NCBI RefSeq assembly: GCF_009914755.1
Contig: NC_060927.1
Length of the DNA: 64,000 nt
Reading direction: 5' to 3' (one strand)
DNA from: the human T2T-CHM13v2.0 reference genome, Homo sapiens
Shown: positions 27,539 to 44,548 of the stretch, in pieces
How the letters are laid out: each line of letters begins with the position of its first letter
How positions within the stretch are numbered: the first letter of the stretch is position 1
The notes under the pieces: generated by a model
What the model was told of the DNA's origin: nothing
Database searches by the model: none
What the model saw: only the letters and a program-made list of their open reading frames with translations
Made by a program: the position numbers and the translations under genes

Positions 27539-28045
27539 GGTTTAACCAATTTTACAGCAAGAAAGGGTATTAGAGCTTACTGTTCTTAATCCTTCCTTTT
27601 GTGAAAAGGAAATTGAGACCCAAAAGGGTGACATGAATTTTTCCAAATTATGCAACCAACAGGAGCAAAACTGGGACTAGAACTTAGATCTGCTTACTCC
27701 TGGTTTTATGTTCTTTCTACTCTTTCATATGGCCACTTATAAACAATGCCTATTATTTCAAAGTTATTATTTCTTCCACTGTGATGTCTAGTAGTGGAGA
27801 GTCAACGAATAATTTAAAATGAACCATTTAGAAACAGAAAAATGTAAACAAACATATTCTGACTTTCTGGGACATTACAGAAATTCATTTCAATATTTAG
27901 AGAATTTTGCTAATTAACACCATATCCTTTATTATAAAATATTATTCCTCCTGAGTCTTACATTTAGACAAGATTTATCTTACAGCCACAAAATTTGGTG
28001 TTTGAAATAAATTACAGTGTTTATGGAAACTTCTCAGGTTATGCT

Positions 28046-28088
28046 ACTTTTATGTCTTGTAACTTTTATATCTTGTAACTTTTATGTC
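28046..28088. repeat. 16-bp tandem repeat x2.7
   Basis: acttttatgtcttgta acttttatatcttgta acttttatgtc. Confidence 0.85.
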
Positions 28089-29780
28089 AGGTAAGAAATT
28101 TGAGGCTTTGTTCAAATATTTCCTCTTTCCAAACTGCAGTAAGTTCATTAAATGACTATTACACTGGAACAATGTCCTAAAAATAATATTTTATTTCATT
28201 CTAACTAATAAGGCCTGTTAGATATGGAAGTCTATATTGTGTTCTAAACAAAAGCTCTGTCAGCAATTTATTTATCGGATGGTAGAAAGGCTTCAGCACA
28301 ATTAGTTTTTGGCATTATTTTGACTGAATCAAATTTCTATAAGTTTTTTTTATAATTTCTGTCTTCAGTTCAACCTGTATTAAAACTTTCAAGTGAAAAT
28401 AATATTTCTAACTCAAACTGGTAGTGTTTGGCCTTGTAATATACATTGAATTTACAAATCACATTTAATTCTTGAGCCTTCTAGGTACATTATAGAAAAT
28501 TTATTTTGCAAGAAAACTTAGAATTGTTGTTCCAATACAATGAATCTAATGTAAATGTTTCTGGTGAAAATACATATGCACATTTTTAGAGATATTATTG
28601 TTTCCCTGGAGCACATTTATTGTAGTCTTTTGAGTCCTAGAAATTTGCAGTGCCTTACATTATAAAGGAAGATGAGACATAACTGTTTTTTTTAACTACT
28701 GTATAAAATAGTTTACTGAGCTCTGTGTAAACACACAGTGTCTTTTTGACAGCATATTTTGCTTTTACTGATCGTGAATTTTGCAAACAAAGCCTTTAAG
28801 AATAATAGGTTCTTCAGACTGAGCATGGGTTTATTATTTTTCTTAAAGGTTTTGCTATTTGCTGTTTCCACTGAAAAAGCATAAAGACCTAATGAGCAGT
28901 TTCTCTTGTATCTTCAGGCTCTTTAAAACAAGAATGAGTTTCCGAAGTGCAAAGAGAGTGAACAAAAAGAGATGAGTGAAAGAGAAACCCGAGAAAGCCT
29001 ATTTATCCATCTTATGACAAGTTCTTATGAAGTGACCCATTCATGTCAACAAGGGCCTAATGATTGCCAATTCTCATTGAGTGTCAGTTTTAAGAGGACG
29101 GAACATAGGATAAATGAAGAGCCTACCATATCAGTAATTTGGGCTGGAGCAAGCCTTTACGTTGAATTAAACCAACTAATCCTATATTAAACTAAGACCA
29201 TCTCTGTGCAAGCAACTCTGGTAGATATTATAACTAGATATCCATTTATTAAGGAAAATTCCTTAAAAACTCAGAAGAGTTGAAAATAGAGCTCAAATTA
29301 TAACTATACATTTATCTTTATTGCTTCTTACTTGGACAGCAGATAAAGTTTACAAGAAACAAAACTAAACACCAGTTGTCCTGTGGTGTCCAGAGATTAA
29401 GTACATAGACTATTCTTAAAGGTTTATATTTATTTGATTATATTTACTATTTATTTTTATCTTACATTTATTTACTTTATACATTATATATATTTATATT
29501 TATATTGTTCCATTGTAAGCCAGTTGTTTAACACATGGTGATTTTTAAAAATAATTGGCATTTTACATATTGCATTTTAGAGTGTTTATAATGAGAATGA
29601 ATGTCTCTGAATTATGAGTGAGTCTAGCCTCTGATCGACAAGTCATAGCCTGGAAAACATGTGAATGACTAATGAAATTCTACATATGATGTTCTAATTT
29701 GCCAAATAGGCGAAAACACTCTGGGATTTCAGGAAACAGAAAATTCCAAAATAAATCATTAATTCAATGTTTTTTCCTTG

Positions 29781-29818
29781 AATATGGCTTTCTCTAGAAA
29801 ATATGGCTTTCTCTAGAA
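29781..29818. repeat. Perfect 19-bp tandem duplication
   Basis: aatatggctttctctagaa x2. Confidence 0.9.
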
Positions 29819-29899
29819 AAACATTAATCCAAACTTTTGGAAGTTCCAAATACAGGGCAGATAAATACATTGAATATTGCAAAAGTACATTATTTTTGG

Positions 29900-30345
29900 A
29901 TTATTTATTTTAAAATTAAACTGACAAATTACAATTGTATATATTTATGGGGTACAAAGTGGTGTTACGCTTATGAATACAATGTGAAATAATTACACCA
30001 AACTAATTAGCATATTCGTGATCTCAAATACTTACTACTGTGGTAAAAACATTTGAAATTGACTCGGCAATTTTGAAATGTACCTTATTTACTATATTTG
30101 CCACGTGATGAAACCTATCTATCTCAAAGAAAAAAATTATTCCTCCTGTCTATTTGAGGCTTTGTACCCTTTGACCATTATTTCCCCATTGACTCCATCC
30201 GCCAACCCTCGGTAGCCACCATTTTACTCTCTGCTTTTTTTACTTTGATTGTTTTAGATTCCATGTGTAAGTCCGATCATGAATATTTGTCTTTCTGTGC
30301 CTGACTTATTTTACTTAGCATAAAGTTCTCCATGTTCATTTTCAT
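29900..30345 (-). mobile_element. L1MA-type 3' end fragment
   Basis: aattgtatatatttatggggtacaa...ttagattccatgtgtaagt...tatttgtctttctgtgcctgacttatttt. Confidence 0.8.
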
Positions 30346-30504
30346 TGTAAAGGATTAGTGATCAACCAACGATATGCATGGTCTTTCTCCCAAAGACCTA
30401 ATGTCCTGAGGGCAGAGGTAAAAATGAGAAATGACAAAAAGTAGGATTTCTACCTAGAGGATCCAAGATAGCTTAAAAAAGAAGGTATTATTTTTATATT
30501 TCAA

Positions 30505-30668
30505 GGTTTTTTTAGTTGATACATAATAATTGTACATATTTATGCGAGACGTGATATTTTCATATATCCATACAATGTGTAATAATCGAATCAAGGTATT
30601 AGGATACCCATCACCTCAAACATTTATCATTTCTTTGTGTTGAGAACATTTCAAATCTTCTCTTCTAG
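30505..30668 (-). mobile_element. L1MA-type extreme 3' end fragment
   Basis: gttgatacataataattgtacatatttatg...ccatcacctcaaacatttatcatttctttgtgttgagaacattt. Confidence 0.8.
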
Positions 30669-30939
30669 GAATTATTTTAACAGAAATTTGACTTAAAGAG
30701 TTTCAGACAGGTAATAATTTTGAAAAGAACCTGCAATCACCCATAACAATCAGGTGTGTAAGGAGTATATTCCCAGCATAGAGGGCAGCTGCTGCAGGCT
30801 GGTGAAGGGGTGAGGGCACAGCACAAACACATCAGCTCTGTGCCTGGGAGCCAAAAGAGCTGGATGAGTTGGAGATAGATGGAGCTGGCAGATGCAGAAG
30901 CTGCAAGTGAGGTTGGGAGATTCATTACAATAAACAAAG

Positions 30940-30955
30940 AAGTAAATTGAGCAAA

Positions 30956-30993
<38 letters not shown>

Positions 30994-31825
30994 CAAAGAG
31001 GATAAAGTGAGTAGATTTCTCACTGTCAGAGAAGAGATTTACAAACATGGGTAGAGAGAAAGAATCCTCAGGAGTGAAATTTAAATAAGAGGTATCAGTA
31101 TGAATTATTTGTGTGCAAATACTCAGCTAGACATAGGACTATATAGAGAGACAGGTATATGTAGGTGTACGAATATAGACAGTTACGTCTCTGTAGGTGT
31201 ATGACTATAGAGAAATATGTATATGTAGGTGTATGAATATATGTACATGTATTTCCCATTCTGTTTTCTTAGAAGTCTTTGAAGCAATGACATCCCAATA
31301 GCAATGAATACATCGAGGACCCAGATCTTGGTGACTGGATACCATCCTCCATTAATAGGAGTCAGAAATTCTTAGAAAAATAGCTAATTCCAGGGCTGGA
31401 GTGAGGCAAAACCAAGATGAGCCTGAAACATCTTGTGCCTGATAATAAGAAAATGCAAATGGACAGAGGCATCAGCTTTCAGGGGCCAAACCTGTGACAA
31501 TTTGCATCAAAATAATGAGAGAAATGAATTACCGGTCAATTGAAAAAAATAGGAATTTATAAATCTACACTAGCATAAACAAATAATAAATAAATGAATG
31601 AACAAATAAGAAGGAAAAACTCTCCCTTACAATAGAATGACAACCAATTCATGAAGACAGAATGATAAAAATGAAAAATTACCCATTTGACAGTCATTGC
31701 AGACTGGCAGCTGGTTCAGGTGAAAGTCATCAAGGGAGGTTAAGGCTGGTTGGAGGCTCAATAAGTACAAGAGTAGTGCACTATTATAATTTCCTCACAT
31801 AGAAAATTAATTAATTACAAAGGGT
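30940..31825 (+). mobile_element. L1MC/L1MD-type 3' region relic containing (TG)n at 30959-30992
   Basis: ccagatcttggt...ataccat...agctaattccagggctgg...aagatgagcctgaaacatcttgtg. Confidence 0.55.
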
Positions 31826-32032
31826 TTTGCTCTTAAGTCCTGATTGAATGAGGTCCATCCACATTACCAAGGGCAAGCTCCTTTTTTAGTCAACTGATCA
31901 TAATAATAGTCACATCTAAATAATGCCTTCACAGCAACTGGACTAGTGTTTGACAAAAAAAGAAAAAGAAAAACAAAAACAAAAAAATAGGCACCATAGT
32001 CCAGCCAAATTTACACATAAAATTGTATCACA
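31826..32032 (-). mobile_element. MLT2 (ERVL LTR) 5' fragment
   Basis: gattgaatgaggtccatccacatt...ccagccaaatttacacataaaattgtatcaca is the reverse complement of an MLT2 start. Confidence 0.65.
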
Positions 32033-32151
32033 CTCAGTATCGTCTAGAAACTTTTAAAATTCTTAGCAAATTATTTTCAAAAAGAACATATGAAAACATG
32101 AAGATAGCCATTTAGAAAGTCCATATCCAAAGTGTTGCACATCTTTCTAAA

Positions 32152-32158
<7 letters not shown>

Positions 32159-32198
<40 letters not shown>
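32159..32198. repeat. (TA)n microsatellite
   Basis: About 20 TA units. Confidence 0.95.
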
Positions 32199-32202
<4 letters not shown>

Positions 32203-33764
32203 AAACTCCAAAACATATCCAAAATTATGCCCAGGAGTCTATTACATATTTATAGAATTTAGTCAAATATATATGTAATGATTGGGTTTAACTACCCTTT
32301 TCCTAACTTTTTAACCCTAGAAGATTTAAAAGAAGTCTTTTTTTAAGAGTAAGTTAGTTGGGAAGAAGGAGAGAAATTTGCCCAAAAAAGGTCCAGAAAG
32401 GCAAAAGAAAAAGATAAAACACAGGCAAAATAAAGGAGATATTTTGTATTTAAATATATACAAATAGTGACTCCAGCTAAATTAAAAAAATATTAAGATA
32501 GCATAACTAGTTAGAGGTAATTTGGTATACATCATCATGGACAATTTGGGTTTGTCCAGAGTCATACTGCTTAAAAAGAAATACCAACTTTGTAAGCAGT
32601 AACAGAAATAGACTCTGAATAAACTTCAGCGCATGGTACAATTCTAAAAGATCATATGTGTAGAAAAATTGGAGATCTAAACATATCATAAATCTAGGGA
32701 AGTTCCCAAAACAGACATAAATTCTCTGCATTAAAAGCACAAACACAAGTCTCTACACATTGCAAGCCTCTCTCTCCTTCCTCTTGTTCTCCCACTAACC
32801 CTGTTTATCTCTGCCATACATGCATTCATTTTAAGTTAATGAGGTTGGAAAGAAATCATACAGTGAGCATTTGAGGGTCAAAAGGCAGGAAGGTTCAGAT
32901 TAATTCACCATGAAGATCAGTCACATCTGTCCACAGCCTTGGCACCTTTCGTTCTTACATATAGAAAACTATCATTATAATTTCTACAAACTAATTGGGT
33001 TGGCTTAATCCTAGAAAGCAGCTCTTGTTTCTTTAAGTAGGTTAAAGTGGTTGAAATTTTAAGCTTTTATAGAATAATTGGAATATTTTACTTGTGAAAG
33101 TGGCTTCTCTAGAAGGCTCATATAATTATATCTTACTAGTAAAAATGTAAAAATGTAAAGTCTCTTGAGCTTACACTTCAGAATTTAACTTTGAAAGCCA
33201 GGACTTAAAGTCAGAAAATATTCCTTATAAATTAGTAACAATTCTGAGAGAAATTATAAACAAGAGACAAATTAGATATTGAGCATAAATGGAAGCATAG
33301 CTCAATACCTCTGTGGTTTGTCTTCCTGATGGTGGTTGTAAGATTGAGTGCACACTTTATTAAGTCCTGCAGAGTTTAAAATAGCATGCACCTAACTGTT
33401 CAATAGCAGTTTTCTTATAACACTGGTAGGTTGTAAATAACTAAGATAGTACCATCCTAGATAATAATGTTGTTCAAAATAGGCTCATCATCTGACTTCC
33501 TTCAACTCATTTAGTTTGATCATGTAAAATAGGCTGGATGTGTAAGTAATTTTTTTTTCTAATTATACTTTAAGTTCTAGGGTACATGTGCACAACGTGC
33601 AGGTTTGTTACGTATGTTTACTTGTGCCATGTTGGTGTGCTGCACACATTAACTCATCATTTACATTAGGTATATCTTCTAATGCTATCCCTCCCCTCTC
33701 CCCCACCCCACAACAGGCCCCGGTGGGTGATATTCCCATTCCTGTGTCCACGTGTTCTCTTTGT

Positions 33765-37593
<3,829 letters not shown>

Positions 37594-37656
37594 TATGATG
37601 TTAGCTGGTTATTTTCCTCATTAGTTGATGCAGTTTCTTCCTAGCCTCGATGATCT

Positions 37657-38675
37657 TTACAATTTGACATGTTTTTGCAGTGGCTGCTACCGTTTTTTCC
37701 TTCCCATGTTTAGTGCTTCCTTCATGAGCTCTTGTAGGGCAGGCCTGGTGGTAACAAAATATCTCAGCATTTGTTTGTCTGTAAAGGATTTTATTTCTCC
37801 TTCACTTCTGAAGCTTAGTTTGGCTGGATATGAAATTCTGAGTTGAAAATTCTTTTCTTTAAGAATGTTGAATATTGGCCCCCACTCTCTTCTGGCTTGT
37901 AGACTTTCTGCTGAGTGATCAGCTATTAGTCTGATGGGCTTCCCTTTTTGGGTAACCCAACCTTTCTCTCTGGATGCCCTTAACATTTTTTCCTTCATTT
38001 CAACTTTGGTGAATCTGACAATTATGTGTCTTGGAGTTGCTCTTCTGGAGGAGTATCTTTGTGGCATTCTCTGTATTTCCTGAATTTGAATGTTGGCCTG
38101 CCTTGCTAGGTTGGGGAAGTTCTCCTGGATCATATCCTGCAGAGTGTTTTCCAACGTGGTTTCATTCTCCCCATCACTTATCAGTGATGTACACCAATCA
38201 GACGTAGATTTGGTCTTTTCACATGGTCCCATATTTCTTGGAGGCTTTGTTCATTTCTTTTTATTCTTTTTTCTCTAAACTTCTCTTCTCACTTCATTTC
38301 ATTCATTTGATCTTCAATCACTGATACCCTTTCTTCCAGCTGATCGAATCGGCTACTGAAGCTTGTGCATTCATCGCAGTTCTCGTGCCCTGGTTCTCCG
38401 CTCCATCAGATCATTTAAGGCCTTCTCTACATTGGTTATTCTACTTAGCCATTTGTCTAATCTTTTTTCAAGGTTTTTAACTTCTTTGCAATGGGTTCTA
38501 ACTTCCTCCTTTAGCTTGGAGTAGTTTGATCATCTGAAACCTTCTTCTCTCAACTCGTCAAAGTCATTCTCTGTCCAGCTTTGTTCCGTTGCTGGGAGGA
38601 ACTGCATTCCTTTGGAGGAGGAGACGTGCTCTGATTTTTAGTATTTTCAGTTTTTCTCCTTTGTTTTTTCCCTAT
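37657..38675 (-). pseudogene. L1 ORF1, disrupted (start codon appears mutated to ATA)
   Basis: LENTLQDMIQENFPNLARQANIQIQEIQR...YPAKLSF in ORF 37687..38232. Confidence 0.9.
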
Positions 38676-39249
38676 CTTTGTGGTTTTATCTATCTTTGGT
38701 CTTTGATGATGGTGACGTACACATGGGGTTTTGGTGTGGATGTCCTTTCTGTTTGTCAGTTTTTCTTCTAACAGTCAGAACCCTCAGCTGCAGGTCTGTT
38801 GGAGTTTGCTGGAGGTCCACTCCAGATCCTGTTTGCTTTGGTATCAGCAGCGCAGGCTGCAAAACAGCGAGTATTGCTGAACAGCAAGTGTTGCTGTCTG
38901 ATCATTCCTCTGGAAGTTTCATCTCAGAGGGGTACCTGGACATGTGAGGTGTCAGTCTGCCCCTACTAGGGGTTGCCTCCCAGTTAGGCTACTCGGGGGT
39001 CAGGGACCGACCTGAGGAGGCAGTCTGTCCATTCTCAGATCTCAAACTCTGTGCTGGGAGAACCACTACTTTCTTCAAAGCTGTCAGACAGGGACAGTAA
39101 GTCTGCAGAGGTTTCTGCTGCCTTTTGTTTGGCTATGCCCTGTCCCCAGAGGTGGAGTCTACAGAGGCAGGCAGGCCTCCTTGAGCTGTGGTGGGCTCCA
39201 CCCATTTCAAGCTTCCTGGCTGCTTTGTTTACCTACTCAAGCCTCAGCA

Positions 39250-39432
39250 ATGGCAGGCGCCCCTCCCCCAGGCTTGCTTCCACCTTGCAGTTCGATCTCA
39301 AACTGCTGTGCTAGCAATGAGCGAATCTTTGTGGGTGTGGGACCCTCCAAGCCAGTCACAGGATATAATCTCCTGGTGTGCCGTTTGCTAAAACCAATGG
39401 AAAAGCACAGATTTAGGGTGGGAGTCACCTGA
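39250..39432 (+). pseudogene. L1 antisense ORF0, 60 codons, prematurely terminated
   Basis: MAGAPPPGLLPPCSSISNCCASNER...RVGVT* lies antisense in the 5'UTR and matches primate ORF0 as I recall it. Confidence 0.75.
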
Positions 39433-39719
39433 TTTTCCAGGTGCCATCTGTCACCGTGTTGCTTGGCTAGGAAAGGGAATTCCCTGACCCCTTGCACTTC
39501 CTGGGTGAGGCGATGCATCGCCCTGCTTTGACTCATGCTTGGTGTGCTGCACCTGCTGCCCTGCACCCACTGTCTGACAAGCCCCAGTGAGATGAACCCA
39601 GTACCTCAGTTGGAAATGCAGAAATCACCCATCTTCTGTGTCACTCATGCTGGAAGCTGTAGACTGGAGCTGTTCCTATTCGGCCATCTTGGAACCCCCG
39701 TGTAAGTAATGTTGACCTA

Positions 39720-40090
39720 GTTTTACAAATACAAAAACTAAGATTTAGTAAAGTTAAGTTCCTTGACTTACAAACCTAGCAGGTACAAGAGATGAGGCCA
39801 GGATTCTGACTCCTGAGTCGAGAATGTTGTTCTTCATCCTACCCTAGTTGCCTTTTGTTTTATTTTAAGCTGACATTTAAAAAGAGCTTACTATGTGCCA
39901 ATGCTCTAAATGTATTATCCATGTAATTATCATATCAGTTCTTTGAGGGAGGTTATATTCTACAGATGAGACTGAGGCCCAGAGTGGTTAAGTCCTTTTC
40001 CTTATGGACATTCAGTTTGCTAATGTGCAAGCTTAGCATGGCACCCAGTCACATTTCAGAGTCCATGTTCTCACCCACTTCTCTCTACTG
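39720..40090. mobile_element. MIR relics (two fragments)
   Basis: ttttacaaatacaaaaactaagatttagtaaagttaag; tacagatgagactgaggcccagagtggttaagt. Confidence 0.6.
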
Positions 40091-40302
40091 TACCAGAAAC
40101 TCTAATCTGGGATCATAGTTACCTAGTCAAGATTAGAGGCTCATTCTCAGAAAATCATTTCCTGAAAAAGCACAGACTCAAGAGAAATTGTTGCACAAGC
40201 TGAGAGATGTAAAGGGAAAGGGAGCTGACATTTTTGGCCACATTCTTGGGCTAGACATGGGGCTTTTACATGTATTCCTTTGACTCATTAAGTGTTAACC
40301 AT

Positions 40303-40910
40303 TGTGATGGTTAATTTTACATGTCACCTAGACTGGACCATGGGATGCTCAAATATCTTGTTAAACATTATGTCTAGGTGTGTCTGTGAGGGTGTTTACA
40401 GAAGAGATTAGCATTTGAATTGGTGGACTGAGTAAAGAAAGTGGCCCTTTTCAATGTGGTGGACATCAACCAATCAGTTGAGGGCCTGAATAGAACAAAA
40501 AGTGGGAAGAAGGTTGAACTTGGCCTGTATGCTTGAGCTGCTGCCTCAATTTTCTCCTGCAAGTGGTGCTTCTGGTTCTCAGGTCTCCAGATCCTGACTG
40601 GAAGCTATACTATTGGCTCTCAGGCTCTTAGACCTTTGAACTACACCACTGGCTTTCATGGATATCCAAAATCATAGCACTTCTCAACTTTTATAATTAT
40701 ACAAGCCAATACCTTATAATACGTCTCTTCATATATATATATATTCCTAAATATACACATATGTCTAGATAGTTATATAAATTAGGATATATATATATAT
40801 ATATATCCTAGGATATATATATATATATCCTAGGATATATATATATATATCCTAGGATATATATATATATCCTATTAGTTCTGCCTCTCTGGGAAACCCT
40901 GGCTAACACA
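40303..40910 (+). mobile_element. MLT2 (ERVL) solo LTR with internal TA-rich repeat
   Basis: tgtgatggttaatttt...cctattagttctgcctctctgggaaaccctggctaacaca. Confidence 0.85.
40783..40874. repeat. Self-complementary tandem repeat [tagga(ta)n tcc] x4
   Basis: taggatatat...atatcctaggatata...tcctagga...tccta. Confidence 0.9.
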
Positions 40911-42250
40911 CCTATTAAAAGCATTGTATTGCATTGTATTCTATCAAATCATCATATCTACTCTATAGGATAGATAGTTTTCCATTAATATTAAAAAAAA
41001 CTGAGGCAGAGAGTTCTTAAATAATTTGTCTGGATTGAAAACCAGTTAAATCTGAGACTAAAATTATAACATTTTTACTGCAGTGCTTCTGCCTAAGACT
41101 CTATTTAACTCAGTTGAGTAAATGTAGATGTGACAATGTCTGGCAATTCTGGGCTATGTGTAATTCACACAGATAGCTCTGAATATTGCAGCACAATTTG
41201 AGGTAGGCCTCCATGTATTCCATAGCATTTTTTTGAATAGTCAACTTTATCCAGAAATTCTTCCCTTGGCCTTGTCCACAACTTTAATGTAGGCTTTCAG
41301 TCAATGATTCTTAGTCCTTGGAATTCACAAGTTATTTCCTTTGCAGCGTTATGCTAGATATCCTTGCATGTCCTACACACATGAATTTGCATGTTCTGTT
41401 TTTGCCTATGACCTCTTCTAATGCCTGAAACTCCAGCTCTGACAATAAGTGGAAGTGCTTTAATAAAGAAAGATACCTGGTACAAGCCATCCTGATTCAA
41501 GGCATCTTTCTTTATTAAATAAATAGGCCTTGCCAGAGTCCTCCCAACAACTAGTCATAGTCTGTCTATAGGGTCCCAAGTCACCTGGTAGGACAGATTC
41601 TAATAAAAGAGCTGGCCATCCCTCACTTAGAGTCTCTCCCAGTACATAGCGAGATACTCGGATAATAGCATTACAATTATATAGCATTCATCTTTGATGT
41701 TAACACCTTTCACTGAATAGGTTTTCAATAAACATATTGATCCAATGTAAAGTAATCCCAAAAGTGCCAAATGAGGATTGCAATAACTTCACAAGACTAT
41801 TGGTTCTCCTCAATAAGCATAATTGATTCTTCTTATAAAATTTATATTTATCATCAAGGGATCAGTGTGCATGTGAGAAATAGATTTCTAATTATTGCAC
41901 AGAGCAATTAAATATCCAAACCTGTGATGAATCAGGCCTACGAGTGGTCTTAGTATGTGAAATAGTAGTGTTTCCTGATGGCCAGAAGTACAACATCTCT
42001 ATTAGGAATTTAGTATCTTGTTTGTTACATGTAGAACAAAATCTTTTATATGTAATATAATTCATTATGTATCAGTGAAGTCATTTTAGATGCAGGAGCT
42101 ATTCAGTTTTCAGGCCTTGGGCCATGTTCAGTTGTTCACCAGAAGCTCTCAAAAGAAATTCACAATGCCTACTTTCACCCAAATGTGTATTAGATCACCC
42201 AAATGACTAACGAGATGTTATATTGCCACCAAGAAAAATAAGTAAAACCT

Positions 42251-42550
42251 GGCCCTGCACGGTGGCTCACACCTGTAATGCCAGCACTTTGGGAGGCCAA
42301 GGCAGGCAGATCACTTGAGGTCAGGAGTTCGAGACCAGCCTGGCCATCATGGTGAAACCCCATCTCTACTGAAAATACAAAAATTAGCCGGGCGTGATGA
42401 TGCACGTCTGTAATCCCAGCTACTTGGGAGACCGAGGCAAGAGAATAACTTAACCCGGGAGGCAAAGTTTGCAATGAGCTGAGATTGTGTCACTGCACTC
42501 CAGTCTGAGCAACAGAGCAAGACTCCATTTCGAAAAAAAAAAAAAAAGAA
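42251..42550 (+). mobile_element. Alu (AluS-like)
   Basis: Full dimer with A tail; TSD aagtaaaacct / aagtgaaacct. Confidence 0.95.
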
Positions 42551-42785
42551 AAGTGAAACCTATTGTAAGAAAGAAGTAGGACTGCAACCTATTTCTTTGA
42601 TAATGTTTTCCTGTTTTCGTTTTGTGCACTTTGACCCTAGATCTCCCTCCACCACTACCGATAATATATGAGGCAACTACAGGAAAACAAAAGCCCCTAC
42701 AAAATAATATTGTTAAAGCACAACTAATAGAAATACTTTTCTGTTTGAATTAATAAATGGAATATTAAGGAAAATCCTCAATCTG

Positions 42786-43020
42786 TGCTATGGTTTTAAT
42801 ATGTGTCTCCTCCAAAATTCATGTAGAAATTTAACCCACATTAATACCTATGGTAGTATTATGAGATGTGGGCTTTTGGAGAAGTGATTAAGTCATGAGG
42901 ACCCCACTTCTGTGAATAGATTAGTGCCTTATAAAAGGGCTAGAGATAACTAGCTTAGGACACCTTTTGCTGTTTCACTCTTCTACCTTGTGAGGACACA
43001 GTGTTTTTCCCTTTTTTGTC
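42786..43020 (+). mobile_element. MaLR LTR fragment (MST/MLT1A-like)
   Basis: tgctatggttttaatatgtgtctcctccaaaattcatgt...gattagtgccttataaaaggg. Confidence 0.75.
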
Positions 43021-43199
43021 CTGGCCAATGCTTACTGACAAGAGATAGCATCCTTTATATTAAAATTGCATGTAGCTACTTCAACTTAGAATAAGAACAA
43101 ACCCAAGTCTTTGCCCAGGTCTGAAAGGTTTTCTTCTTGGAGTACAATTTTTTATGGTCTTTTTACTATACATCATCTATTTCCAACATAGAGATAGGG

Positions 43200-43660
43200 C
43201 CTTTCCTGTGTCATATGTAGTAAAACCAGGGTTTCACAGATAAGGTGGCATTTAAACTGGGCCTTAATAAATGAGTAAAATTTGCTGGCAAGAAAGGTTG
43301 ATAGTAAGAGAGAGTGTTCCCTAGAGAAGAAATAATACAAGCCAAGTAACAAGTTAAGGAAATGATGAATTTGAGTAATAAAAACTCATGAAACAATCTT
43401 TGAAGGCTCTTGCACTCGTCCAAATGAAAAATGTTCAGTAGATTAGTGACAGTTGGGTATATTTAAAAGATTTAAAAAAAAAAATCTCTGGTCAAAGCAT
43501 CTACATGACTTAGGAATGAGCTAGATGTGAGTATTGAGAGAAAATGAAGAAGAATTAAACATGACAACAAGTTTATAGCACAAGAAGCTGAATGGCTAAT
43601 GATGCCTTTAACTGAATTTTTTTTAAATACAAGAAAAGAAGCATTTGGACATATTTGGGC
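43200..43660. mobile_element. L2 relic
   Basis: acagataaggtggcatttaaactgggccttaataaatgagtaaaatttgctggc...ttaaacatgacaacaagttt. Confidence 0.5.
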
Positions 43661-43807
43661 TATGGCTTTCTAAGATAACCCTCGATCTGCTATAACTCAC
43701 ATCCTAGTATAATACTTTCTCCTTGATGGTGAGCTAGAGCCAGCTATTTGCTGCCAACAAAAAATATATACCAAAGGTGATACAATGTCACTTACATGAT
43801 TAAATGT

Positions 43808-44187
43808 TGCTATGGTTTGAATGTGTTCCCCCAAAGTTCTGTGTTGGAAATGTAATCCCAATACAACAGTGTTGAGGATGGGGCCTAATGGGAGGTGTAC
43901 CCTCACGAATGGTGTTATTGTGGGAGGGGGTTTGTTATTGCAGGGGTAGATTCCTTATAAAAGGATGAGTTCAGCCCCCTATTGCTTTTTCCCTTGCTTT
44001 CTCTTTGCCCTTTTGGCATGTGATGACTTCCTCAATGACATGATGCAGAAAGAAGGCCCTTGACAGATGCCAGCCCCTCAGTCTTGGAATTCTCTGCCTC
44101 CAGAACCATGAGCCAGTAAATTTCTGTTCTTTATAAATTAACCGGTCTGTGGTATTTCCTAATAGCAGCACACAACAGACTAAGAAA
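43808..44187 (+). mobile_element. MST-type MaLR solo LTR
   Basis: tgctatggtttgaatgtgttcccc...cttataaaaggatgagttc...aacagactaagaaa. Confidence 0.85.
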
Positions 44188-44189
44188 GG

Positions 44190-44548
44190 TGTCTTTTTCT
44201 ATTCAGGTTGCTAACACAAAATACCATAAACTGAGTAACTTCTAAACAACAAACATTTATTTCTCATAGATCTGAAGGATGGGAAGTCCAAGATCGAAAT
44301 GCCGACAGATTTGGTGTTTAGTGAGGGCCCCCTTGTGCATAGATGGTGCTTTCTGTCTTTGTATGGTGGAAATGGTGAGGGATCTTTCTCAGGCCTCTTA
44401 TTACAGGAATACTTGTCTCATTCATGAGGGCTCTGCCTCTATGACCTAATCACCTCCGAAAGATTTCATCTCCTGCTATCATCACATCATTGGGATGAGG
44501 ATCTCAACGTATAAATTTTAGGGGGATGTAAAGGGTCATGCAATGACA
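44190..44548 (-). mobile_element. MLT1A-type MaLR solo LTR
   Basis: caaaataccataaactgagtaactt...atttatttctcatag...gggaagtccaagatc...atgacctaatcacctcc. Confidence 0.8.
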
